From: the human T2T-CHM13v2.0 reference genome, Homo sapiens
DNA length: 64,000 bases
Assembly (NCBI RefSeq): GCF_009914755.1
Contig: NC_060946.1
Reading direction: 5' to 3' (one strand)
Shown here: in pieces, positions 52,124-64,000 of the stretch
How the letters are laid out: each line of letters starts with the position of its first letter
How positions within the stretch are numbered: position 1 is the first letter of the stretch
The notes under the pieces: model-generated
What the model was told of the DNA's origin: nothing
Databases searched by the model: none
Seen by the model: the letters and a program-made list of their open reading frames with translations, nothing else
Translations under genes and position numbers: made by a program

Positions 52124-55100
52124 CTGCAGGGAAACCAGAGGGCATGAGTGAGGTCAATCCAGCTGGGTAGGTCCCTGCCGGATAAAGGTACACAAGCCCA
52201 GACCGTCCTCTAAGCAGGACCTTGTCATGCCTGATCTGAAGGTCATCCCGTGGTGCTCCTGACTCATAACCACACACTCATGTGTACCTTCTTGCTCCCA
52301 CATGTCCAGGACTGTAGGTGACACTGGGCTGCCACGGTTCCTTGTCAGCATGTCTAATGCTGTTGACCATCCTTCAGAAACGTGATCCTTCAGAGATGTG
52401 GACTGATAATGACGTCTTCCCCATCACACACAGCACAGCAGTATTCCCACCCCAGGGTAGCCAGGCTCAGGGTCCTGCTGCCCCACGCAGGTGCTCACAG
52501 CCCCATAAGACATCTGCTCCACCTCCCTAGAGTCCGCTCCCGCCTTGTGGGCGAGGCCACGTGCCTCTCCTGAGGTTCCCTGAGGCCAACATAGATCCTG
52601 GGCCCTCCCAGGCAGGCAGCTGCCCCCAACAGTCTCCAGTACAGGGAGGGCGGGGAAGCAGGCAGGTTCCTGGCCCTGGAGCTGTGGCCAGGTGTGAATA
52701 ACCATTTGTCTGGGATGGGGGACCTGGCACTCAAGCCTGGGGAGCTGAGGCTTATGGGCTGGAGCAGGAGACAAGGGGGTGCCTGTACTCACACAGCTTT
52801 CAGCCTTCCTCAGGGGAGGACCCTGCGGCTTCCTGTCTCAGCTAATGGCCCCGGGGACACATTCCCTCTCCTTATATCTAGGCCCGGGGATATTGCCAGA
52901 GTGTTCATGTCATAAAAATGAAAAACAGGACACTGCAGACAGACAGGGAAGGGCTGGGCCTCGGATGGGAGGCTGTCTCTGGGGGACATCGGTAATGAGA
53001 GCTCTCTCCCCCGCCTCTACGGTGTTTTCTAGATTGTTCTGAGGCCCCGCCCAATAGTCCTTTGTGGTCATGGTCCATTCTGGTGCCCCAACGGTGTGTT
53101 TCCCCGTCTCACGACAGCCTCTTCATCATGGGAAGGGGTCCAAGTGAGGGTGGGCGACTGGCTACGCCTCAGGGTGGGATCATGGGGGGTGGGATGCAGG
53201 GCCTGAGGCAGGGAAGAACTGGGGACCAAGCCAGGCACATGTGCATATGCATGTGTGTGCATGTGAATATGAGTGTGTGTGTGCACCTGAGATGGGCAGG
53301 CCCGGTTGGGAGCCCATCCACCAGCACTGCGCCCCGAGGAAGAGGAGATGCTGCTCCTACTCCAAGGTCTGAGGCTTAGGAACCAGCTTTTGCTCTGAGT
53401 GTGACATTTCTAGGAAACCTCTGGTTTTAGCTTAAGTGTTCACATAGGTTTTGTACCACAGAGAACCATGTGACTTTTTTTTTTTATCCCTGATAAGCAC
53501 CAGCCTCTCCCCCGGAGTCACCATGTGCCACAGAACCGAGACACACTGGCTGTGAGCCGTCATCTCACTGACTCTACCAGGTGCCTCAGGTTGGCTATAT
53601 ACCCCATTTTACACATGGAGAAACTGGGTCCCAGCCAGACAAGGGCTGGGCCAGGATTTAACTCAGGTCTTCCTGCCTCCAGGCCTCCCAAAGTCCCCCC
53701 CCCCCGACCCAGTTGGGGAAGTGTGACCAAAGGAGAACATGGGTCCTTCCTCATGGGCCTCCTACCTCATGGGGTCCAGCCAGGCCAAGAACCTGCAACC
53801 ATATGGTAGAGCCAATAGCAGACCCTGGGAAGGGGTCCAAGTGAGGCATTGGAGAGGGCTTCCCCCAGGAGATGGGTGGGAGCAGAGGATAGCAGCACCA
53901 CAGGAGGCTGAGTGGTAGGAGCAGCCAGAGCTGTGGGTATCCTTCCTAAGGGTGCACTAGGCACATCAGCATCGTACAGGCAGGGGCAGAGCAGAGCATC
54001 TGTGGACAACCTAAGGGAGCTCTGGGCAGTGGACGGACAGAGGGACGACAGACAGGACAGTGATGTGAAGGCAGAACTAGTGATAGGATCATATGGGAAG
54101 GTGGGGAGGTGCTCACCTTGGGGAGCCCCCCTGAGTGCTCTGCAAGCTCTGGGGTCACCTGCCTGGCCAAGGACCCAGTACCAGCCGCCTCAAAGCGGGG
54201 GAATGACCACGCCCTTTATTGGGCCCTTTTCCCAGTGAGGATGGCCTGGGCCTACCCATGCCATGGGACCCCCACACTGGGTCTCCCCACCAAACTGTCC
54301 AGACCCGATGGCTGGCCATGGGGCTCTGTCAGCCCCTGGCTACACCCCACTGATGCCCTAGTAAGCCCTGTGGTTCTGGCACGGTATCCATGGTCCAACC
54401 AGAGGGCTGAGAGGTCTCACACTGGGGCATAAGCCTGGCCCAGGCCACACAGCCAGATTGGCAAGCTACAGTCCTTTGGATAGCTGACGGCACAGGGCAG
54501 CTCCCATGGGTACACACTGGTCCCAGAACTGGGATGGAGGATGCAGCCTGGGCTGGGTAGGCAATGAGGGGCCCAGGTGAGCTCGCTCTGCACTCCCTGC
54601 AGTGTGGCCTCAGCAGGCCACCCCCTCCCCAAGTCTCCTCGCTTCCTGCTCTATGAGCGCGAGGTGACACTGACTGTAGGTAGCTGAGAACATGCCCTGG
54701 CAACAGCCAATGCAGGCAGGTGAATGGAGTGCCCCGTGGCCAGTGGACAGGGAAGGTCCATGCTGCTCAATGACAATGCTGTCCACTACAGCAAAACCGA
54801 GTGTTCTCCTAGGCCTGCTGCCACCCTGGGCACATAGTGAGAACACGCCCACTTCTGCTGTGGACATTGAGGCACAGACCACACCTGGGAAGGCTTGGGA
54901 GGCCCCTGGGCACACACTTGAAGGACACTGCACTTTTGGGGCTACGCAGGCACAGGGCTAGTCCTTCACTGTCCCTGCTGAGCCTGTGTGTGGTCACCCA
55001 CCAGCTGGCCTTCAGGCTTCCTTCTGCCTGCACCAAGCATGTGGGGGGTACCGAGGGGCCTTGCTTGGCTCCTTTCCAACTCCACGCCCTCAATAGGCAG

Positions 55101-55368
55101 CTTGGAGGCCGAGCTCCGGTCATCCAAGCCAGGTGTCTGGGGAAGGGTCCTGGTCTGCCGCAGGAAGCTGGGTGGAGCCGGTCTTGCCTGCTGTGGCGGT
55201 CCCAGCTGCCCTCTGGTGGCCATGCTCAGCTCCCCGTTGCTCTGCCAGAGGCGGCAGCCCCTCAATCAGCAGGGGCAGTGGGAAGGGCCTGTGCATAACT
55301 GGTTATGGAGTGGGGGGAACTCTGTGGCCCCAGGCACCCACCAGCTCTGGGTCATCTTCCCGACCTGA

Positions 55369-56110
<742 letters not shown>

Positions 56111-58206
56111 TCATTCTGGTCTTAATTGAAGCTGCTGACAAAAGAACAGACACCTCCCCATGACTAAGCCACCATCAGGGAAGTCCCCAGGACCCCCAAG
56201 GCCCAGCTGGTGCTCTGCAGTGCTGTCCCTGGACCCCCACCCTCCATTCCTGGCCCTGTCTACAGAATGGGCCCTGACTCCCTATCCCAGCTCTACCCTG
56301 TCACTCCCTCTGCCAGGGCCAGGCGGGGAGCACGACAGATGGGCTGGACAGAGGGTGGTGCCTGGCATCCGTGTGCAGAGCTCCCTGCTCCACCCAGAGA
56401 CCGGGGATCCTGCTGCTCCTGCACCTTCTGTCCTTACTCAGGACAGCCTCATGCTCCCCCAGGCCAGACTCCTGGGGTGAAGGAGCACAGGGAACTCACC
56501 CTGAATCCCTGTGTAGCACAAACAGAAGGAGGGGTGCTACCCTACCCTCACAGAGCCACAGAGATGCAGAGGGCCCCGGGACTGGGGGGAGACTACAGGG
56601 CCACCTCTGGAGGGAGTGCCAGAGCAAACATGGGAGCCAAGCAGCCCAGATGTGGTGGGTGGGGAGACTCAAATTTAGCAGGATTGAGGGTCAGAACTTG
56701 TTCTCCCAGGAGGAACCTTGGTCAGAAGGTCCTTGTGTTTATGCTGAAAAGCCTGACAGGGCAGCTCAGCCAAGAGCTGGGCAGGGGCTGGCTTGGCTGT
56801 GCTCAACTACCCTCTCAGCTGGGACTTGAGTCCCTTAGCGAATGTTCTGTGCCCAGTCCTCTGCTGGGCGCTGGTGGACCCCAGAATGGGGGTAGGGTGG
56901 GGACAGGGGACAGCTGGGAGCAGACATTGCGGATAGGATGGGGCAAGACTGGGGGAAATGCCTTCCCAGACACGCTGCGGCTCACACTGTCGCCTGATCT
57001 AAGGCCTGGATCACCTGCTTAGGAGCTGACCGGCCACTGGCATGGCACACCGGGCAAGAGAGCGCTGACTGCCCCCCTGCATTCAGCACCATCCCAGCTC
57101 CAATAGAGTGAGTACAAGATAGGTAACACCTGCCTTGTTTGGACCAGACCTTTAAACACCGCCCAGATCCCAGAGTAAAGGCAGATAAGGCAGTAGTTAA
57201 GAAGTAGGAAGAAGTAAAGGCAGCTACCCCAGAGAAGCTAAGGTCGGGAGAGGTGGAGGCTCCCACTGCACCCCCCTGGCCCATACCATAGGGGAGGTTT
57301 CCCCCACAGCAGCCTGGGTACTCACCTGAGGTTATTAGACAGCAGCATTAAGAGCCTACTCTAAAAAATACCCACGGGGCACCTTTCTTTTCCTTATTTC
57401 TAAATATGCCTGGATGTAGGGAAAGGGAGCTGAAGTCCTTTAGTTCCATTTTAAGTATGTTACATTACACATAGCTAAGAAACGGTGAAATATTGTAAGC
57501 AGCCAATATTTAATTATTTAAAAATTAAAATAGGCTGGAGCTCTCAGGCCACCTGCCCAGGGCGACTCCCCAGCAAACCGAGCAGAGTCTCCCTCAGAGT
57601 GGAGATGACATGTCTCCGCACCGGCACCGAGGGGGCGCAGGGCGGCGTGGGGAGGGGGACCCAGGCCGGGGGTCCGGGTGGCGCGCCCTCTCTCACCCCC
57701 GAGGCGGCAGGAGCAGCGCGGCGCGAGGACACCTCCGGGCCGTCGGTGCCCCTGAGCTTCCCGGCGGCGCGCTGCCCCAGGAAAGTTCCCGGCCTGCCGC
57801 CCCTCGGGCTGTTGGAAAGTTTCGGCGGCTGCAGGGCCCTGGCAGCTAGGCGCCAAGCGTCGCGCGGGGCGGGCACGGCTGCGGGGTCGGGCCGCGCTCG
57901 GCTGGAGTGCTCAGTGCAAGACGCCCGGACGGGTAGGGTAGGGCCCCAAGGCCACGCACAAAGAGACCCGCCCCCGCCGGCCCGGGGTCTCGGACGCCGC
58001 AGAGCGCGCGGACAAGACGCGGGTGGGGCGGAGATTGGCTCCGACGTCCGGCCCAGACCCTCGCCCGGATCTCGACTCCAGGGATAGGACCCTGTCCGGA
58101 CCGCTGCCCGGAATGCGTCCCATATCTGCAGCCCCGCCCCCAGTCCCGGCTCCGACCCGAGGCCCCAGCCCCGGGTCCCACACCCCGCCCACTGGCTCAG
58201 GCTTAC

Positions 58207-58440
58207 CTGGAGCGCAGCGTGGGCGGCCCCGCAGCGCGGCCTCGGACCCCAGAAGGGCTTCCCCGGGTCCGTTGGCGCGCGGGGAGCGGCGTTCCCAGGG
58301 CGCGGCGCGGTGCGGCGCGGCGCGGGTCGCAGTCCACGCGGCCGCAACTCGGACCGGTGCGGGGGCCGCCCCCTCCCTCCAGGCCCAGCGCGCAACCCGA
58401 GACCCCGGGCCAGCCCTCCCGCCCTCACGCGGCCCGTGCG
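58207..58440 (-). other. ARVCF: ARVCF exon 1 (non-coding; TSS approximate)
   Basis: Strong donor CAG|gtaagc at 58205-58206 inside the CpG island. Confidence 0.75.
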
Positions 58441-58639
58441 CAAAGCGGACCGGGCCGGCGACGCGAATCTCCGCCCCGCCCCATCTGACAGCAAATTTTC
58501 CCATTGGTCGAGAGACCCGGCGCGGCACGGCAACCGGCGCCGATTGGGCGGATGCGCGGAGATGACGGCTTGCCATTGGGCCTCCGGGATGTCAGTCCCG
58601 GCGGATGACCGGCCCCCTCGCGGAGGGGCCGCGGCCCCG

Positions 58640-58810
58640 CACCTGCCCGAACCTCTGCGGCGGCGGTGGCAGGGTACGCGGGACCGCTCCCTCCCAGCCG
58701 ACTTACGAGAACATCCCCCGACCATCCAGCCCCGAGCAGGGACTGGCAGAGCCGGCGCCCCTTCCCCGGACTCTGGCCGCGTAGCCTCCGCCACCACTCC
58801 CAGTTCACAG
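58640..58810 (+). other. TANGO2: Candidate upstream alternative TANGO2 first exon
   Basis: CAG|gtatcc donor at 58811 on the divergent side of the island. Start approximate. Confidence 0.4.
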
Positions 58811-60399
58811 GTATCCTTCTTCAGCGCCTGCTACTCGCTGCGCGCTGCGCGCCGCTCCCTCCTGTCGACATCGAATTGTATTCTTCACGCAAGCCGCGAG
58901 AGAGAGTTCTGCTGCTATCCCCATTTTACAGTTGGGAAACAGCCTCAGAGAGGTTCTCACTTGCTTGAACACAGTCGTCTGACCCTGGGGCCTGGGGGCT
59001 CTCTCATCCTCACGCCCCTGGGTCCCCGCAGCGGGGAGACGATGGAGGTAGGAGCTGCAGTATTTCCGAGGGCAGGAAGGGACCCCCTCGGTAAACCAGG
59101 GGCTCACCTCCCCCACCAGGCCTGGATGTAGAGACCTCTTGGGCTTGTCCCACCCTGCAGGCCCCCCATGGGGCCGCCCTTTCTTACCTCCTCCTGGCAT
59201 TCTCACAGCCCCACAGCTCTGCGTCTGGGGAGGCAGAGTTGTGCGTTTATGCCCGCACCCCGTACTACTGTCCCATTTTCTTCACCCTACCTGGAGTCAG
59301 GAAGAAACGGTGCTTCACTGCCTGTTGAGATTCACGTAGGTTACATTTCCTTGCCAGATTAAGAGCACCTGACATGAGTGGGACCATGACCCTCCGCCAG
59401 CTCTGCGTAACCTTGTGGTGTAGGGGGGAACCAGCAGGGATGCTGCCCAGTGGGCTTTTCTAGGGGGAGGTCCTGAGATGACTTCTTAGCCAGTGACCCT
59501 GGCTCACGCATGCTGTCATCCTTTCCTGCCCTGGATGCACCTGGAGATGACCAGTTCCTCGGCTCATTGCATTCTCCAAGGCCGCCTGGGGAACCAAACT
59601 GCCCACAACCATGCTTATGAGTGGTGGAGGGGTGTGACCAGACACTCTTGTCTTATCCACCCATATTGGGAGTCCAGTGTGTTCATCCAATCATTCCTTG
59701 GCCAGGACAAAGAAAATGAAATGGCCCAAGGCAAGAACTCACTGCTGGGACCACCGCTGGGTCCATCTGTGTGCTGGCAGCATGGTGAATCGATCCCAGC
59801 TGCCTTTCAGAGCCAGGCAGCTACTATCAATCGATTGGAGCTGGCACTTGACGTGCCAATTGGCCTCCTGGCATAGGGTTGTTGCTTGCTGCTCTGGGAG
59901 GGCAGAATGAAGTAGCTGTCCCTAGAATAGGGGCCCTCACAAACCAGGTAGCTGTCATCCTGTGGAGCAGCACCATGGTGACATTCTGGCTCAGGTGCTG
60001 TGTAGCTGAGGGGTCGTTTCCTCCATTTAGGAGTAGACGTAATGAGTCCAGCTGTCCCCAGCCATCTCTTCAAGGCCATTGGACCCTGGTTCTGCTGGAG
60101 CCCCTCTTCTCACAGTTACCTCATAGTCCTGCACCACCCCCTCCCCACACTTGCAAGAGGGACTGGACAGACCTCTGTTGAAAGAGTGCAAAAGACAGAA
60201 CCATACACCAAAATCTGTGCAAGTGAGACTACCTCTCCCCTCATCACCACCCCTACCACCCATAGGGTTGCAGAGACCTGTCTGCCCTCGGCAGGCAGGA
60301 TCATTAGCTGAGGTCAGAGGATGTCGGGGCAGCACCAATTCAAACAGGACTCAGGACCGCTGTCCAGCAGTCGGCCCATTAGGCTGCAGCCAGGGGTCA

Positions 60400-60730
<331 letters not shown>

Positions 60731-62439
60731 AAAACACAGCAAGGGAGACCACAGGGACCAGTAGCCCAGTGTTCTCCCTCTCTCATCCTCTCACCTAGCT
60801 CCATGCGGACAGCTGTGAGGCCCCCGGAGAAAGCCACAGAGAGAAAATGCTTTCAGCTGGGTGTCAAGAACTTTTCAAGAGTGGCAGCTGTTGAAATCAA
60901 AAGAGTGGCCACAGAAGGTAGTGAGCTTCCTATCTGAGTTTGTGTGCAATTAGAGGTTGGATGCCAGTGAGCCTGTTGCAGCCCCAAGATCCCAGGGCTT
61001 AGGTGCCCATCCTAGACCCATTTCATCTGCCGTCACCTGCTTCCTGGCATCGCATGTCATCCAGACTGGAGTGTCAGTGGTGACAAAGAAGATCAGAGTG
61101 TCTGCTCTGGCTCTGTCTAGCTGGGAAAAGTATGGCTGGGGGTGGGGATGGCCCAAGGCCACAAGGTATGACAGAACAGGATGCAAACCACCATCTGACA
61201 TGTTACTGCATCCCTCTTTGTGGGCAAAGGGAAACCTTGGTCAACTCATGTCCAGCTTTGAGGTGCATGGCCTGGTGCTTTGGGGAAGCCCATTCTCCAG
61301 GTGCTGCCATGAACCCCAGGGCACAGTCCATCACCCCCAAGCCCCAGATCCCACTTGTCCACCACCACCACCTCTTGGCCCTATAGATTGCATAGGTTTG
61401 GCTGCTCAGAGGGAAATCACTGGTACCAGCCCCACATGATCCCACTGCTGGATGGTGGGAGAGACAACCATGTCTGGCTGGGTCTGCGGCCCGCTGGCCA
61501 TGAGTCCCTGGGCATCTGGAGTCCTTGTAAAAGGTTCTGTTGGGTTCCAGGGGAAACACAGATAAGATAGCAAAAGTGTGGAGCACAACGGGCCCGCATG
61601 TAGGTCCAGGTTAGACTCTTGCCGTTGCTGATTACCAGCCAGGCTCTTCCCATCCCTGAGCCCCAGTTTTCTGCAGGGCATCAGGGCACCTAGATCTTCA
61701 ACACAGGTTGAAGCTAATGTGGCCTCTCTTGCTTGCCACCTTTTTCAACTTCAACTGAATGACATAACTGCTCCAAGTCTCAGTGTTTACATCTATAAAG
61801 TGGGATGAAAGAACTGCTGACCCAGACATTGGGTTTAGAGTGCTTTACACATTATCATTATCCCTAATGTCTTTGTCATCCATGTCATAGTTTTTTGAAT
61901 GCTCACTTTGAGGCAGGGCCTGAGCCTCTGGGCTTTGACTCTCCACCTTTCTGCCACATAGGCCCAGGCACAGCCCAGAGGCTACAGGAGCAGCGGTCCC
62001 AGCTAATGCCTCTGTCCTGTTGGGAGGGCCCCAGTCAGTGCCCACCTGCTCACCCTGCACAAGTCAAGCTGGGCCAGCCCCTCGTCGCTGGGGCCTGGAC
62101 CTGGATGTGAGCTCAAAGGCTACACTGGGGGGTGGAAGTGGGGGAGGTGGTGGGTGTGCAGGGTATAGTGCTCAAATGCCTAGTCCAGGGTCTGGGGGTA
62201 CATACTGGGAATGGCAGGGACATCAGGGAGGAAAGAGCCGACCTGGAGGCCATAAAGTGAAGGAAGGGATGACCAAGAGGAAGATGGCCAGGTCCAGAGG
62301 TGGGGTTGAGTGAACAGGATGGGGAGACCAGGACGCAGTCTGAGGGGGCCAGTCCGGAAGTGAGCATTCCTGTACCTCTTCCGAGAGAGGCCGCAGGGTG
62401 AGCAGGTGACAGATGGTGTCCATGAGGGCATGGACTCAG

Positions 62440-63200
62440 GGGCGGCTGCGACCTCCCATGGCGTCCCTGCAGGCAGGGAGCCGCGGAGTCCCCGAAGGCC
62501 GCTGGATCAGGAAGCGCTCAGACGCCCGCGCAGCCCGAAGCTTTGGCGCAGCCCCGGGGGCGGGGCGCCAGGAGGTGGCAGCCTCCGAGCGACAGCGCGC
62601 CCAGCCAACGGGACGCCGGCATGCGGCGCGCCGCCCCGCCCCTCGCTGCGCGGCCCAATGGTGAACGCGCCGGCTTCGGGCTGGGCGGTACTGGGCTGGC
62701 TGCGGTGGCGCGCGGGCGCGGCACCCGGAAGTCGGCGGCGGTGGCGGAGGCGGTGAGTGCGCGGCTCCGGGGCTGGCCGACTCCGCTAGTGGCCCGGCCG
62801 GCCTGGGCTCGGGGGCTCCGGGCTCTGGGCTCTGGGTGCGCGGACCGGGCCAGGCTGCTTGAAGGTGGGTGGGCTGGCCGCACTTCCTCACCCTGCCTCA
62901 GTTTCCCCTTTCTGAGGTATGGTATAGAATCAGGCGGCTGGGTCAGGGGCAACCACGTCGATCCCGGCCGACGAAAATGCCCTGCGCGTTACTGGAAGGT
63001 GTTTTTGATAATCCCCGCTGGCACGGGATGCGAGGGACTCTGGCAGGTGGGACCAGACTCGCTGCGGGGAGGCTGAGATCGGCAGGGTTGGGAGCTGCGT
63101 GGTCCCTGCAGGGTGTGTGGGCTGCTCGGCCTTGGCCAGCATCAGGGACAGCTCTGGCGCCCGGTCACTCTGCCCCCTACCCGCGGCCTGCTGCGGGCCA
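62440..63200 (+). promoter_or_regulatory. TANGO2: CpG island; main TANGO2 promoter
   Basis: Dense CpG, GC boxes, CCAAT, ETS/GABPA motif CCGGAAGT at 62725-62732, CTCF-like CCAGGAGGTGGCAG at 62568-62581. Position fits the known gene order COMT-ARVCF-TANGO2. Confidence 0.8.
62728..62864 (+). other. TANGO2: TANGO2 non-coding exon 1 (alternative donors after 62752 and 62864)
   Basis: Donors GCG|gtgagt and AAG|gtgggt downstream of the ETS motif. TSS approximate. Confidence 0.65.
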
Positions 63201-64000
63201 GCAGGGTGACAGCTAATGTGGGTGTGAGTAGATAGTAAGTGCTGGGTCATCCCTGCGCCTGGATGCGGCCTTCCTGGGGAGGTTTGGGTAGTTAGATCCC
63301 CCACCCCCAACTCCAGAGCGTCAGAGGTAGGGGCTGGCAGGGCTGCACTCAGGGCAGTCCTTGCCCCACCGCTGGGCTTTGTAGCAGCCTGGGCTTTGCC
63401 CGTTTTCCTCTAGGAAGTGGGCACAGAGGGCTGTTTGCTGAGACCCCCACCTTCCCTGCCCCTAGCACCTCTCCTGTGCTCCCTTGGCTTCCTGCTGGAC
63501 CACAAGCTTTAGAGTGAACCGTCTGCCCTTGGACAAGTCCCTGGGCCTCAGGCCCCCTTCCTCTTCAGGAATGTCACATGCCCTGCCCTGGCCAGGCCTG
63601 TTTGCACTGTCGTGTGGCTCTAGACCTGCTGACCACTGTTTTGCTGCCACTCTGGGCACAGTGCCCTCTTCCATGAGGCAGATGTGACGGCAGCTATAAG
63701 GGGGTAGCTGAGTAGCTCTTTGGAAGGCTTTCTCACGCTAGCTCATTTGCCTCTGGGCAGCCTTTTGGGGCAAGCATTCATTGATCCAGTCCTGCTCATA
63801 CAAGGAAAACTCAGGCTAAGGTGGCAGATCGTGTTCCCAAGGTCATTCAGAGCCAGGGCCTGCTCCCAGTGCCTCTACTACTCCTGGGCCACTCTCTTAG
63901 GAGTGTCCCTGTGTCTGTGTCCTGCGTCTGTGTTGGGTGGGCTGGGAGCAGCTGGAGAGGGTGACCATGTTGTTAGATGGACACAGCAGAGCCTCTGTTC

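Larger units (their letters stand above)
57600..58900. promoter_or_regulatory. ARVCF: CpG island; ARVCF promoter (probably bidirectional with TANGO2)
   Basis: Very dense CpG, GC boxes at about 58471-58481, and three CCAAT boxes on the - strand (58503, 58543, 58575). Confidence 0.85.

Noticed and set aside
57082-57101. TTCAGCACC as a possible REST/RE1 site
   Set aside because: Only the left half matches; the GGACAG half is absent.
57544-58797. 417-aa ORF and overlapping long ORFs in the ARVCF promoter
   Set aside because: Arg/Gly/Ala/Pro-rich frames are expected from stop-codon depletion in a CpG island. No recognisable domain.
62865-64000. MIR185 and TANGO2 coding exons
   Set aside because: Not found here; expected further downstream, beyond the window.

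Overview
This is human genomic DNA from chromosome 22q11.21, inside the 22q11.2 deletion interval. It holds three genes. (1) COMT, + strand, from intron 1 to the 3' UTR: non-coding exon 2 plus four coding exons that splice to 816 nt, giving the 271-aa MB-COMT with the S-COMT ATG at codon 51. The MIR4761 hairpin straddles the exon 4 donor. (2) The complete ARVCF gene, - strand, 20 exons. All splice sites were traced by hand and give a 2889-nt CDS, a 962-aa p120-family armadillo protein ending in the PDZ ligand DSWV. It lies tail-to-tail with COMT. (3) The CpG-island promoter(s) and non-coding first exon(s) of TANGO2, + strand, head-to-head with ARVCF. Repeats include many Alus, an old ~3.2 kb L1 with nested Alus, two MaLR (MST-like) solo LTRs and a 50-bp GGAT-rich VNTR. 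The COMT alleles read G-C-G-G, the Val158 high-activity 'LPS' haplotype. I cannot claim a wholly new biological system. The best unexplained signals are: a co-oriented array of about 9 RFX-type half sites paired with KLF/SP boxes in ARVCF intron 11; an out-of-frame overlapping uORF carried by ARVCF exon 2; a 60-bp duplication of the COMT exon 5 acceptor region; a long AG-exclusion zone with unannotated acceptors in ARVCF intron 2; and several isoform switches (internal promoter, microexon, PDZ-tail skipping). Almost all other ORFs in the supplied track look like GC-rich or repeat-derived noise.
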